Shown: piece by piece, positions 19,133 to 28,656 of the stretch
How positions within the stretch are numbered: position 1 is the stretch's first letter
Layout: each line of letters starts with the position of its first letter
Virus record (IMG/VR): IMGVR_UViG_3300031857_000014
Length of the DNA: 64,000 nt
From: a virus
Taxonomy: Duplodnaviria > Caudoviricetes
Direction: 5' to 3' (one strand)
Position numbers and translations under genes: made by a program
Notes under the pieces: generated by a model
The model's database searches: none
Told to the model about the DNA's origin: nothing
Seen by the model: the letters and a program-made list of their open reading frames with translations, nothing else

Positions 19133-19978
19133 TTAAAATTTTAAATTACTATCAATTGTATCATATATGGATTCTAAAATAAAATTGTTAGACCATATTT
19201 TTTTACAAGTTGACTCCTCTAAAAAATTACCTTCAAATTCATTGTGGGTAAAAGATATAAATATTTTTTCTTTATTAAATAAATTTTCAGAGGTCTGAGT
19301 ATAACAAAAAGGTCCTGATGCTCGACCAATGATTACATCACAAAATTTTGAAATGTAACTTATGTCTAACAAATCAGGTAATTTGGATGTTAAATTCGGA
19401 TGTGTCGATATTACATTATCAAGATTAAAATTATTATTAGTGGATAAAAATAAATAATTTTTATATTTGTTTGCTAACTTTATGATGATACTACTAAAAT
19501 CAAAATTTTCAGATTGACCCGATTTTATGTTTCCGTCACATATTAAAATGGTTTTATCATATTTTATTTTATAATAATTCATTTTATCTTCAAGATGATT
19601 TATATTTGATAAGTTTTGGTAATTTACATATGGAAGATATTCTAAGGGATTTTTTAAATTAATTTCTAATTCATTGCATATATTTTTAACTAGTTTAAAA
19701 TGATTACTAAAACTACATCTTTGTTCATTTTCAACATACGACATATAATTTTGACCTATCCATGCATTTACTATTCCATTTTTAACGTAGTTAAGATTCA
19801 TGTCAAAAGTTTTTGGTATATAAGTAAATTCTAAAACATTAGGAAGGTCATTTAAAATTAAACCTAATTGACTGTGATAATATTCTATATTAAAATGTGG
19901 AGTCAGTGCATTAATTAATATTCGAGAATAAAAAATATCCCCATAATGTGCATGATTGTATATTTTTATAGTTTTCAT
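19133..19978 (-). CDS. putative glycosyltransferase (GT-B-like)
   Basis: HYGDIFYSR at the N-terminus; CDVIIGRASGP at the C-terminus. Confidence 0.45.
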   Translation of the reverse strand: MKTIKIYNHAHYGDIFYSRILINALTPHFNIEYYHSQLGLILNDLPNVLEFTYIPKTFDMNLNYVKNGIVNAWIGQNYMSYVENEQRCSFSNHFKLVKNICNELEINLKNPLEYLPYVNYQNLSNINHLEDKMNYYKIKYDKTILICDGNIKSGQSENFDFSSIIIKLANKYKNYLFLSTNNNFNLDNVISTHPNLTSKLPDLLDISYISKFCDVIIGRASGPFCYTQTSENLFNKEKIFISFTHNEFEGNFLEESTCKKIWSNNFILESIYDTIDSNLKF

Positions 19979-20940
19979 GTGATAAGTGATTCTATTTTTT
20001 TAATAAAATTGTTCAAAATCTCTTCAATTTTATTTTTATTGAAGACAGTTCCATTTAAATATGAAAAATATTTTTCTTTATCATTATCTATTTCTATTAT
20101 TTTTTCAATCATCAATTCGTCATTTTTATAATCGTGCCAATTAATAAACATATCGTTATTAAAATCATTTTTTATTAAAGGGTTACCCCAATATAATGGT
20201 ATTGTGTTAGAACAAAAAGGTTCTATTATTTTTTCTGTGGTGTAACCAATATCGACGTAATTAGAATTTTTAATGTTAGGGTAATAATTAATATCCTGAC
20301 TATTATTTTCCATACCAAAACAAAATTTATAATTTTTCTTAACGAATTCTGTTTTTTCATATGAATGGCCTGGAATGTTTTCTATGATATCTACTTTTTT
20401 ATATTTAGATAATTTTTCTAAAAATTTAACCCTAAACATATCTTGTCTATTATTTCTATGTATGTAACAACAAAACTTTCTATCAAATAAACTTTCATCA
20501 GTAATTTTTCTATCATTGAAAAAAAAATCAAAACAGGGTATTCTCCCATCTAAAATCATTTGGTAGTAGTATAATAAAAAGGATGGGAATCTAAAATTAT
20601 TTTCATTATCTATGTAATAAGACGACAATACTAAATTTGCATCTTGTGCGGATAAACCAAACCTATCATGTGATGAGTAATATTCAAAATAATTTGATTT
20701 ATTCCAAAAACCGGGTTCTTCTGTGTGAAATATTTTTACGCAATTATTAAAATTCAAGTGGTTATTATTAACCAAGGTATAGATTAGAATATCCGGATTA
20801 TCTTTAACCAAAGACACATCGTACTTTTTTTTTAATAAAAATAAAAAAATGTTATCAGTATACCAGTTAGATAAATTAGGATTCAAATATGATTGTTCAT
20901 TGTCTCCATACCCCAAAAAATTTATGTTTAATTTTTTCAC
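19975..20940 (-). CDS. GT10 alpha-1,3/4-fucosyltransferase-like
   Basis: YKFCFGMENNS...GYTTEKIIEPF...IPLYWG. Confidence 0.8.
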   Translation of the reverse strand: MKKLNINFLGYGDNEQSYLNPNLSNWYTDNIFLFLLKKKYDVSLVKDNPDILIYTLVNNNHLNFNNCVKIFHTEEPGFWNKSNYFEYYSSHDRFGLSAQDANLVLSSYYIDNENNFRFPSFLLYYYQMILDGRIPCFDFFFNDRKITDESLFDRKFCCYIHRNNRQDMFRVKFLEKLSKYKKVDIIENIPGHSYEKTEFVKKNYKFCFGMENNSQDINYYPNIKNSNYVDIGYTTEKIIEPFCSNTIPLYWGNPLIKNDFNNDMFINWHDYKNDELMIEKIIEIDNDKEKYFSYLNGTVFNKNKIEEILNNFIKKIESLIT

Positions 20941-21731
20941 AATTCTTTTAAATAATTTTTTATAATGTAGTCTTCAGCAATTAAATAATTTTTAGAAATT
21001 TCGAAATTATTTCTTACCGATTCAATTTTAAATTCATATAAGTCATTAGATAACGATTTTAAAATTGAATATAATTCCTCTATTGTATTAAACATTATAA
21101 TACCATTAGAATCAAAAAAATTATGTATAGACGGGCAACCCCAATAAATTGGTATCACCCCAGTTTGAAAACAATCAATTAATTTTTCAGTAAAATAAAA
21201 ATCTGATTTGTTATTCTCTACAACAATTTGAAACCTGTAATCCTTTAAAGATTCTATTTTGAATTCTATAGGTTTATGTGCCTTACCATATAAATCTATT
21301 ATATTTGAAAATTTATCTACTATCTGATTTCTAAATTTATGGCCACTAGTTTGGTTTTTACCGGATGAAATTATAGATACTAATTTATTTTTTTCATGAA
21401 TTTTCCTATCAGATTCATTTATCCAACATCCACCAATTGGAGTAAACCTACTACTTGATATGGATTCTAATATTTCCCTATTAAAAGTAAAAATTTTGTC
21501 AAATTTATTTGCATTATCTTTTACATATTGGTAATCATTTGTGGTAATTTCCGGAGATTCTATTAACCACATATAAATTTTTTTGTCTTTAAAATCGACA
21601 TTAGGATTTGTAGTGAATATATAATTCAAATTTAGATTCCTGTCCCATTCCATAATAGAAGATTTATTATACCAACTACTAGTATGTGTATGTGAAAACA
21701 TATTGTCAAATATGGGTAATTTTATACTCAT
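20937..21731 (-). CDS. GT10-like fucosyltransferase
   Basis: YRFQIVVEN..DFYFTEKLIDCFQTGVIPIYWGCP. Confidence 0.75.
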   Translation of the reverse strand: MSIKLPIFDNMFSHTHTSSWYNKSSIMEWDRNLNLNYIFTTNPNVDFKDKKIYMWLIESPEITTNDYQYVKDNANKFDKIFTFNREILESISSSRFTPIGGCWINESDRKIHEKNKLVSIISSGKNQTSGHKFRNQIVDKFSNIIDLYGKAHKPIEFKIESLKDYRFQIVVENNKSDFYFTEKLIDCFQTGVIPIYWGCPSIHNFFDSNGIIMFNTIEELYSILKSLSNDLYEFKIESVRNNFEISKNYLIAEDYIIKNYLKEL

Positions 21732-22336
21732 TTTTTTACATAAAAAGCGTCACCCCAAGTTATTCCGTCCCAAGTAGTTTCGACTCTCTCGAAACCATAA
21801 GTAGATAAAAATCTATCCAAATCCTCAACCATAGGGCAATTTTTATATACCTCGTCTCTATTAACTTCTGTTATTATATAATCAATAGTCTTCAAGTATT
21901 CAGAACCGCCTTTAAAAACTTCTAATTCGTATCCTTGGACATCAATGTTGATAAAATTATATTCATTTGGTAATCCAATATCATCTAACCTTTTCATCGA
22001 AACAGTTTCTTTATTATGGAACACAATGTGAGGATATTGTTTTTTGTGTAATTCTGGTTCCAGTACTGAAGACGATTGACCTCGATTTGCAGTCTCAACA
22101 AACATTTCAACTTCCCCTTCCGTATCACCTAATGCGCAATTATATAAAATTGCGTCTTCACCAACATTACTTTTAAGTATATTAAAATTAGACGATAGTG
22201 GTTCAAAATAAACAATATTTTTTACATTATTATCTTTATATAATGAATGTTCTTGACCATGATGTGCCCCAATATGAATTACACCTTTTATATCCATATT
22301 GTATTTTTTGATTAATGAATTAAAATCTAGTAACAT
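21728..22336 (-). CDS. FkbM-family methyltransferase
   Basis: IHIGAHHGQE, FEP, INIDVQGYELEVFKG. Confidence 0.85.
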   Translation of the reverse strand: MLLDFNSLIKKYNMDIKGVIHIGAHHGQEHSLYKDNNVKNIVYFEPLSSNFNILKSNVGEDAILYNCALGDTEGEVEMFVETANRGQSSSVLEPELHKKQYPHIVFHNKETVSMKRLDDIGLPNEYNFINIDVQGYELEVFKGGSEYLKTIDYIITEVNRDEVYKNCPMVEDLDRFLSTYGFERVETTWDGITWGDAFYVKK

Positions 22337-23103
22337 ATTTTTATCATTTTGTTTGTGTATATATCATCTGTTATCCATGTTCTATATGCAGGACCAAACC
22401 ATACTGAAGGTGCTATTATTTTTTTGTTTTCATTTCTGTTTAACCAACTTCCCCACCAACTAAAACTACTATTGGCGATTATATTATTTTTACACATACT
22501 TATCAAGTATAAATCGATATAATCTTCTTCTCCTTCAATAAAAATAAAGTCACTGCCGACAAACACAGATTTACACCAGTTAATGTTATCTGAAAAAATT
22601 AAAAAAGTAGTGTCACTAAAATGACTGATTGCTTTTTTATAATATTCTATAGAACAAACCGGGTGATGATTTGGTAATCTTAGGTAATCACCATGTCTAA
22701 TATTAATTGAACAAGTATTTTTATTTAAAATCTCACCATATTTTCCATTTATATATTGTACTATTTCTTCTGTTGGTTCAAATAGTTTTAAAATATATTC
22801 TTTATAGTCCTCAAAGTATTTTTCAGATTGAAAATAACCAATAAGTTTCAAATTTTCTTGATATGATATTTCTTCATAATGATGTCCGTTCTGATTAAAA
22901 ATAATATCAGTATCAAATTTATAGTTAAATAAATTTCTATAAAGATTTGGTTTATAATTGGACGCATTTCTACCTTGCAACCCTATTTTATGTCCGTCAA
23001 TGTCAAAACAAGCGACATCATTATTTCTTAACGCCAACGCAGTTGTTGTTGCAATTTGAAATAATTGATTACCTAAACCTCCTTGTAATAAACTTGTTAT
23101 CAT
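22327..23103 (-). CDS. GT11 alpha-1,2-fucosyltransferase-like
   Basis: GGLGNQLFQ, GYFQSEKYF, IRHGDY, FSDNINW, IANSSFSWWG. Confidence 0.88.
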   Translation of the reverse strand: MITSLLQGGLGNQLFQIATTTALALRNNDVACFDIDGHKIGLQGRNASNYKPNLYRNLFNYKFDTDIIFNQNGHHYEEISYQENLKLIGYFQSEKYFEDYKEYILKLFEPTEEIVQYINGKYGEILNKNTCSINIRHGDYLRLPNHHPVCSIEYYKKAISHFSDTTFLIFSDNINWCKSVFVGSDFIFIEGEEDYIDLYLISMCKNNIIANSSFSWWGSWLNRNENKKIIAPSVWFGPAYRTWITDDIYTNKMIKICY

Positions 23104-23753
23104 TATCTTAAAAAATTATAATTAACATTTTTTCTTTGTATATCTGAATAATCGTCTTTTTGCCACGCAATATGTGGAACAAAACAATAAAAATTAAGTA
23201 TTCTATGTAAATCAGCAATAAAATAATCAGCTGCAACAGATTCTTTAATAACTGATTTACCATTTTGAATTACATCGTTTATTTTCTTAGTCAAGTATTC
23301 AATCAAAATGTCAAACGAATTATTGTTTAACGCATATGCGTGAATTGCGTATGATCTATTCATTTTTACAATATTTGGTTGAGTTGTTCTTTGTAACCCA
23401 TAAACATGATTACCACCAAAATGTAATCCATACCAGTCTTCAGGTAATTGTTTTACATATTCATCAAATAAATCATTAGCGTTTTCGACAAATTCAACAT
23501 CATCTTCCAATATCAACACATTTTTAAGGTTTAAATCTTTAACCTTTTTAATTAAATTTAAATGACTAATAGAACCGGCCAATTCGTTGTCGTGTGGGTA
23601 CCCCAAATTATAATTTTCTGTGTTACCATCGATTGCTGAAAATCTTTCAACATTAAGGCCATGTTTTTCAAATTCTATTAAACATTTTTCCCACCTATCC
23701 GTTCTCCTATCTATATTGATACAATATATTTTATCAAAAAAATCGTTAATCAT
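23103..23753 (-). CDS. GT25 glycosyltransferase
   Basis: YCINIDRRTDRW, SHLNL, LILEDD, HAY. Confidence 0.8.
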   Translation of the reverse strand: MINDFFDKIYCINIDRRTDRWEKCLIEFEKHGLNVERFSAIDGNTENYNLGYPHDNELAGSISHLNLIKKVKDLNLKNVLILEDDVEFVENANDLFDEYVKQLPEDWYGLHFGGNHVYGLQRTTQPNIVKMNRSYAIHAYALNNNSFDILIEYLTKKINDVIQNGKSVIKESVAADYFIADLHRILNFYCFVPHIAWQKDDYSDIQRKNVNYNFLR

Positions 23754-23755
23754 AA

Positions 23756-24529
23756 TTAAAATAATTTTTTAACTTTTTCTGTTTTATAAAATTTATCTGT
23801 GACCCCTGCCATTAAAGCTTCACTTGGGTAAGTCCAATTTTCGTGATATTTAACTAATAAATCTATTCTATTTTTAAAAACATTGATTGATGATGAATTT
23901 TCTAATTTTCTTCTAATATTATTTCTAACATAACTTAAATGATGCATTTGAACTTCGTCTCTGTTAAAGATTTTAAATTTACCCGGATTCATTCTTCTAG
24001 TTGGGTCTACCAAAACAGGTGATGGTCTTGACATAATAAAACTATCATTATCACTTATTTTATAAATTAAGGAAACATAATAGTCTTCCGGAGGAGTAAT
24101 AACAACATCTTTGTCTTTGTAATAGGTTTTCATTTGACAAAATGATGAATCATAGTTATTTTCTAACATTACTTTTTTTAACAACTTAAATTGTTGTGGT
24201 TTGTAATATTCATCAGAGTCCATTGACATATGATGTGTACAATTATTCTTTAATGATAACGATAAACCTATATTTCTTTTTGTTATTTCATTCAAATGAC
24301 CATGACCGTCACCTTGTATTATAGGTTTATACTCAAACAATTCGTCTATCAAATTTTTTTTAATTAAATCATTTAATAAATCAATTAAATTATCATCGCA
24401 TTTATTTCCAAAATTTGAAACTTTTTGATAAACAACACTTATATAGTCAACTTCATTTCTTATTTGATTTATAGATCCTTCAAGTAATTCTTCCCCATCG
24501 AAAAGATTATAACTCACTCCTAATCTCAT
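23756..24529 (-). CDS. putative GT-A glycosyltransferase
   Basis: MDSDEYY DxD motif; island context. Confidence 0.5.
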   Translation of the reverse strand: MRLGVSYNLFDGEELLEGSINQIRNEVDYISVVYQKVSNFGNKCDDNLIDLLNDLIKKNLIDELFEYKPIIQGDGHGHLNEITKRNIGLSLSLKNNCTHHMSMDSDEYYKPQQFKLLKKVMLENNYDSSFCQMKTYYKDKDVVITPPEDYYVSLIYKISDNDSFIMSRPSPVLVDPTRRMNPGKFKIFNRDEVQMHHLSYVRNNIRRKLENSSSINVFKNRIDLLVKYHENWTYPSEALMAGVTDKFYKTEKVKKLF

Positions 24530-26031
24530 ACTCTGATTTTTTTTATTTTATTTAATATTGTTTTATTTTCAATAACATATTTTGTTGCTCTTTCCCAATC
24601 TTCTTGTTTAATTGATCCATTAACCAATCTAGTTAAACTCTCAAAATGATATGCTACCGCATTGTGTGCAAAACAATTTACTTTATTCCATAAAATAGTT
24701 TTTAAATTAAATTCAACGTCGGATAAAGAGTCTAAATAATATTCGGGAAAACACCCCATATCAAAAAATAGTTTTTTTGATATCATTTGTAATGCCGCAG
24801 TATTACCTATAGTATCAACTAAATCCATTGTAGGGTAATTGTATTCTGATTTATAACCAAGATGACCAATTCTTAACCCAAATTGATTTTGTGAATTAAT
24901 TGTACCTAATAAATCTATCCCTGCGTGTTGTATTGTATTGTCTTCAAAATATAGTCTAGCACCAATTGTTCCGCAATTTTTTTTATTTTTTAGATATAAG
25001 TTAACCATTTCGGAAACACAGTCATTAATCAATTCTATATCATTATTTGTAAACAATAATAATTCAGTGTCTTCGTCTAAGTGATTTCTTACGACATCAT
25101 TATTAATTTTTTCAAAATGATAATAGTCGTATTCAATTAATTTTATATTGTTATCTGTGCAATACTTTTTTATTTTTTCTAAGTTCGTATCATTACTACC
25201 TGTGTCTGCAACAGTTATTCTTAAATTTGGGTAATTAGATTTATTTAAAAAAGAGTTTATACATCCAGTTAATAAATCGTAATTATTAATGTTTGGAATT
25301 ATTACCTCAACTTTTGGTGTTGATTTAAAATTGAATTCTCTATTAGTATATGAAATTTTAGTTTTAATTTTTAACGGTAAGATTTTTTCTATTGTATTAT
25401 ATTTTTCAACAAATTTAATTCTATTTTTTTCCCATTCATCGTTAGTCATTCCAATTGATTTGTGCGTTAACTCAACTGAAAATGTAACCCCAACTTTAAC
25501 ACCACTTACATGGTTACCAAAACTAAAATCAATATCATAAAAATGAAAACCTTTTACGTTTTCATCAAACTTATTTTTAATTAAGTTTTTATTTACAGCA
25601 AAAAACACACCATCAACACAACAAGTTTCAATAACATCATTAAACTTAGAGGAATATTTACTAACCCACGTTTTACCGTCTTTAGAGTGTTTTACAATTC
25701 CAACCATTTTACTAAAATCTTCCCACCATTTACCAGTATCTGACATAAAAGTACTACCGGCAACGCCTAATATACCATATCCGGAAACATTAAAATCATT
25801 GATTAGTTTTTTACCCCAGTTTTGATTATTAAAAATAATATCATCATGGCAAAAAACAACAATATTGTTAGTTGACTCATTTAATCCTTTATTATATATC
25901 TCAGTTAATGATACACCATTTGGATTTTCGTACATTAAAATCTCAACCTCATTAATTCCGCAAGTTTCCCTTACGTGTTTTTTGTAAGTTTCGTCAATTT
26001 TTTTGGTGCTTATGACTATTGTAAGACTCAT
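24526..26031 (-). CDS. two-domain GT2-like glycosyltransferase
   Basis: N-domain YNKGL...FCHDD...FHFYD; C-domain VIIP...DTGS...NNDIEL...GARL. Confidence 0.75.
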   Translation of the reverse strand: MSLTIVISTKKIDETYKKHVRETCGINEVEILMYENPNGVSLTEIYNKGLNESTNNIVVFCHDDIIFNNQNWGKKLINDFNVSGYGILGVAGSTFMSDTGKWWEDFSKMVGIVKHSKDGKTWVSKYSSKFNDVIETCCVDGVFFAVNKNLIKNKFDENVKGFHFYDIDFSFGNHVSGVKVGVTFSVELTHKSIGMTNDEWEKNRIKFVEKYNTIEKILPLKIKTKISYTNREFNFKSTPKVEVIIPNINNYDLLTGCINSFLNKSNYPNLRITVADTGSNDTNLEKIKKYCTDNNIKLIEYDYYHFEKINNDVVRNHLDEDTELLLFTNNDIELINDCVSEMVNLYLKNKKNCGTIGARLYFEDNTIQHAGIDLLGTINSQNQFGLRIGHLGYKSEYNYPTMDLVDTIGNTAALQMISKKLFFDMGCFPEYYLDSLSDVEFNLKTILWNKVNCFAHNAVAYHFESLTRLVNGSIKQEDWERATKYVIENKTILNKIKKIRV

Positions 26032-26046
26032 CTATAAATTATTTTA

Positions 26047-26640
26047 TTATTTTTTTATTCCCCAAAAATATAAATCACAATGATTTGGTTCGACCTCAAA
26101 TTGATATGATGAAAAAATTTCGTCGATATTAATACAGTCACGGATATCTTGTTCTGTCACATTTTTGTAGTATTCAGAATCCCAATTCTCTCTAAAAACA
26201 TTTGGCATCGTTATCCAATTTTCAGATGAATTTCCTTGTGATGTAAAACGTTTTTCTCTATCTATTCTGTCTTGTGTTTTTGTACCATGTACGGGTCTTC
26301 CTGTTGTTGCACAGGTGAAAATAAAACATCCACCACTTTTCAACATTCTAACCGCATTCTGTATACTCTCCTTATAAAATGGGTTGTGTTCCCAACATTC
26401 ACAAGAAATTATAGTGTCAAATGTCTCATCTGGCGCATCATATTCATTTGCAGGACAAACAACATCTACACCTTTACCAGGTCCAATATCTAACCCAATG
26501 AATTCACAATTATCGAACCATGGTTTTTCATTACCATTTACATCAAAAGATCCAATATCTAAAACTTTTCTGTCTTTAAACCAATCTGGAAACGTTTCTT
26601 TTAATTTATTTAAATAATTTTTTTGTTCTTTGTGTGCCAT
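26047..26640 (-). CDS. class I SAM-dependent methyltransferase
   Basis: VLDIGSFDVNG, GLDIGPGKGVDVV, ISCECWEH. Confidence 0.75.
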   Translation of the reverse strand: MAHKEQKNYLNKLKETFPDWFKDRKVLDIGSFDVNGNEKPWFDNCEFIGLDIGPGKGVDVVCPANEYDAPDETFDTIISCECWEHNPFYKESIQNAVRMLKSGGCFIFTCATTGRPVHGTKTQDRIDREKRFTSQGNSSENWITMPNVFRENWDSEYYKNVTEQDIRDCINIDEIFSSYQFEVEPNHCDLYFWGIKK

Positions 26641-26690
26641 ATCTTTTTATAAATTATAAGATTTTTATTTTGAAAATAAAAATTATGTAA

Positions 26691-26888
26691 CTAAAATTTT
26701 GAACCTTTTGATGATAAGTCATCATAGTTATCTATTTTATTTCTAAATGACTCATCTTTGTTGTATAAATCTAAACACCTATTTACCAATTTTTGTAAAT
26801 TGATTGGATTTTCAACCGTTTTTAATTTAAATTTTTTATACACTTCTTCCAGTACATTAACACTTGTTAACTTTGTTTGAAATTTCAT
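26691..26888 (-). CDS. hypothetical protein
   Basis: 65 aa ORF. Confidence 0.55.
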   Translation of the reverse strand: MKFQTKLTSVNVLEEVYKKFKLKTVENPINLQKLVNRCLDLYNKDESFRNKIDNYDDLSSKGSKF

Positions 26889-26922
26889 ATTTATATATTT
26901 ATATATTGTTAAAATAAAAAGA

Positions 26923-26940
26923 ACGACACAATTGTGTCGT
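26923..26940. terminator. perfect 18 bp palindrome, probable terminator
   Basis: ACGACACAATTGTGTCGT, with a T-rich tail on the minus strand, immediately after the 26947-27123 ORF. Confidence 0.55.
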
Positions 26941-26946
26941 ATAGTT

Positions 26947-27123
26947 TTAAGATTTAATTTGATTTAACTTATCAACAATCGCATCAACTTGTTTTTGTTG
27001 TTCTTCAGTTAAAGTAACATTTGAAGTTTGATTAGTTTGACTTTCTGTCATTGTTACATTTACACTAGTTGGTGTAACTTGTACTGGCTGATTTTGGTTC
27101 TTTTTTTTACATCCACAACCCAT
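26947..27123 (-). CDS. 58 aa protein starting MGCGCKKK, not in the ORF track
   Basis: Hand translation MGCGCKKKNQNQPVQVTPTSVNVTMTESQTNQTSNVTLTEEQQKQVDAIVDKLNQIKS*; has an upstream TATTTATT (27138-27145) and a downstream hairpin. Confidence 0.7.
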   Translation of the reverse strand: MGCGCKKKNQNQPVQVTPTSVNVTMTESQTNQTSNVTLTEEQQKQVDAIVDKLNQIKS

Positions 27124-27209
27124 AGTAATTGTTTTTTAATAAATATTTGGTTTATTGATTTTTATTAAGTATATTTTTATAAACATAAAAAATTAAAATA
27201 AAAAAGTAA

Positions 27210-27953
27210 ATGGATAAATCATTTAAACCCGTAAAAAGTGTTTACAATACTAATTATGAGGTTATTAGGAATATAATGAATTTGTATAATATTGAACAAT
27301 TTGATTTGGATTGTACGTACTCTAAAGGTAATTTTTGGAAGAATTTACCTTCACCAAAATTTAAATCAGATATCACACCTATAAATGATTCTGTTATCTG
27401 TGCTAATTCGGAAAATCTACCATTTGATGGTGGTTCTATGTCAAGTATTATGTACGACCCTCCGTTTTTAATTGCAGGAAAAACATATAAAGACAATAAG
27501 GAAGGTAGTTCTATTATCGCTAAAAGATTTGTCTGTTATACCACTTACAATGATTTAAAAGAGAATTATTATAAATCATTAAAAGAATTATATCGTGTTT
27601 GTAAAGATGATGGTTTTGTGATATTCAAATGTCAAGATACCGTATCCGGAGGTAGAAATCATTTCACTCACGTTATGGTAATGCAAATGGCTGCTGAATT
27701 AGGATTTTACCCAAAAGATATGTTTGTGTTATTAGCTAAAATGAGAATTAATAGTTTTGGTGGTAGATGGACAAGACAAATACACGCAAGAAAATACCAT
27801 TCTTATTTTTGGGTTTTTCAAAAAACAAAACCAAAAGTGAATTATAAATTTGATAAAATAATTACCGAACAGGATTTTGTGGTGTCCCAAGATACATTTT
27901 TACCCGATCACCAACCTTCCATTCTTTTGCGACACCCGCAGGAAATTCAATAA
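27210..27953 (+). CDS. DNA amino-methyltransferase (N6A/N4C)
   Basis: DLDCTYSKG, MYDPPF catalytic motif, VIFKCQD. Confidence 0.7.
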   Translation: MDKSFKPVKSVYNTNYEVIRNIMNLYNIEQFDLDCTYSKGNFWKNLPSPKFKSDITPINDSVICANSENLPFDGGSMSSIMYDPPFLIAGKTYKDNKEGSSIIAKRFVCYTTYNDLKENYYKSLKELYRVCKDDGFVIFKCQDTVSGGRNHFTHVMVMQMAAELGFYPKDMFVLLAKMRINSFGGRWTRQIHARKYHSYFWVFQKTKPKVNYKFDKIITEQDFVVSQDTFLPDHQPSILLRHPQEIQ

Positions 27954-28221
27954 TGTGGTCACCAATACCACTATATCTTTTATTACAGTCTTCATCACAA
28001 GGTTCACAATTTGAATGTATTCTACTTATCCTATCGTTAAGTACAAACACAATATCAAGGGGAATTAGACAGTTTTTCATCCAAAATGAATGATACCCCT
28101 TACCTTTATTAAAAACCATACAACCGTCTAATTCTTCTCTACCCATCATCCCTTTTTCCATCTCCTCAGGTTTATGGAGATATTCTGCATTATATACTTT
28201 GTTGTTAATTAGTATTGACAT
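27862..28221 (-). CDS. DUF192-family protein
   Basis: KGMMGRE...MVF...FWMKNCLIPLDIVF...IIEFPAG. Confidence 0.8.
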   Translation of the reverse strand: MSILINNKVYNAEYLHKPEEMEKGMMGREELDGCMVFNKGKGYHSFWMKNCLIPLDIVFVLNDRISRIHSNCEPCDEDCNKRYSGIGDHIIEFPAGVAKEWKVGDRVKMYLGTPQNPVR

Positions 28222-28233
28222 ACTAATAATTAT

Positions 28234-28262
28234 TTGACTTTATTGAATATTTTACTTATTCT
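28234..28262 (+). promoter_or_regulatory. sigma70-like promoter candidate
   Basis: TTGACT-17 nt-TATTCT upstream of the ATG at 28281. Confidence 0.3.
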
Positions 28263-28280
28263 TTATAAAAATAAGGTATA

Positions 28281-28493
28281 ATGGAAAATCTTTTCAATGG
28301 TTTATTTCAATTTGAATCACAAAAACAATTTGATGATTTTATGAAAAATATAGATAAAAAATCCGCAATAAAAATATTAGAACTTTCAATAATTAACAAT
28401 CAACAAAATGGTTTGTATTCTTTAGAAGAATCTTATTGTTTATATAAATGTATATCAAAATTAAAAGAAGATGAAAATGAGACTAATAACTAA
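28281..28493 (+). CDS. hypothetical protein
   Basis: 70 aa ORF. Confidence 0.5.
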   Translation: MENLFNGLFQFESQKQFDDFMKNIDKKSAIKILELSIINNQQNGLYSLEESYCLYKCISKLKEDENETNN

Positions 28494-28656
28494 TATACTC
28501 TTAATAATTTTAGGTGTATTAATAAAAAATTTTGGTTTGGGTACTAGTGGGTCAATAGAAAAATATTTTTCAACTACAATTATAATACTTGGTATTTTAA
28601 ACTTATGTTATGATTTAGTGACTTTAAAAAAGAAAAAATCAACCAACTCCCAATAA
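28471..28656 (+). CDS. small 2-TM membrane protein
   Basis: 61 aa, two hydrophobic helices. Confidence 0.45.
   Translation: MKMRLITNILLIILGVLIKNFGLGTSGSIEKYFSTTIIILGILNLCYDLVTLKKKKSTNSQ

Noticed and set aside
12807-26640. Island as a captured host O-antigen/capsule locus
   Set aside because: No wzx, wzy, wzm/wzt or initiating transferase is evident, and the gene style and motifs match the flanking phage genes. Ancient acquisition from bacteria remains likely.
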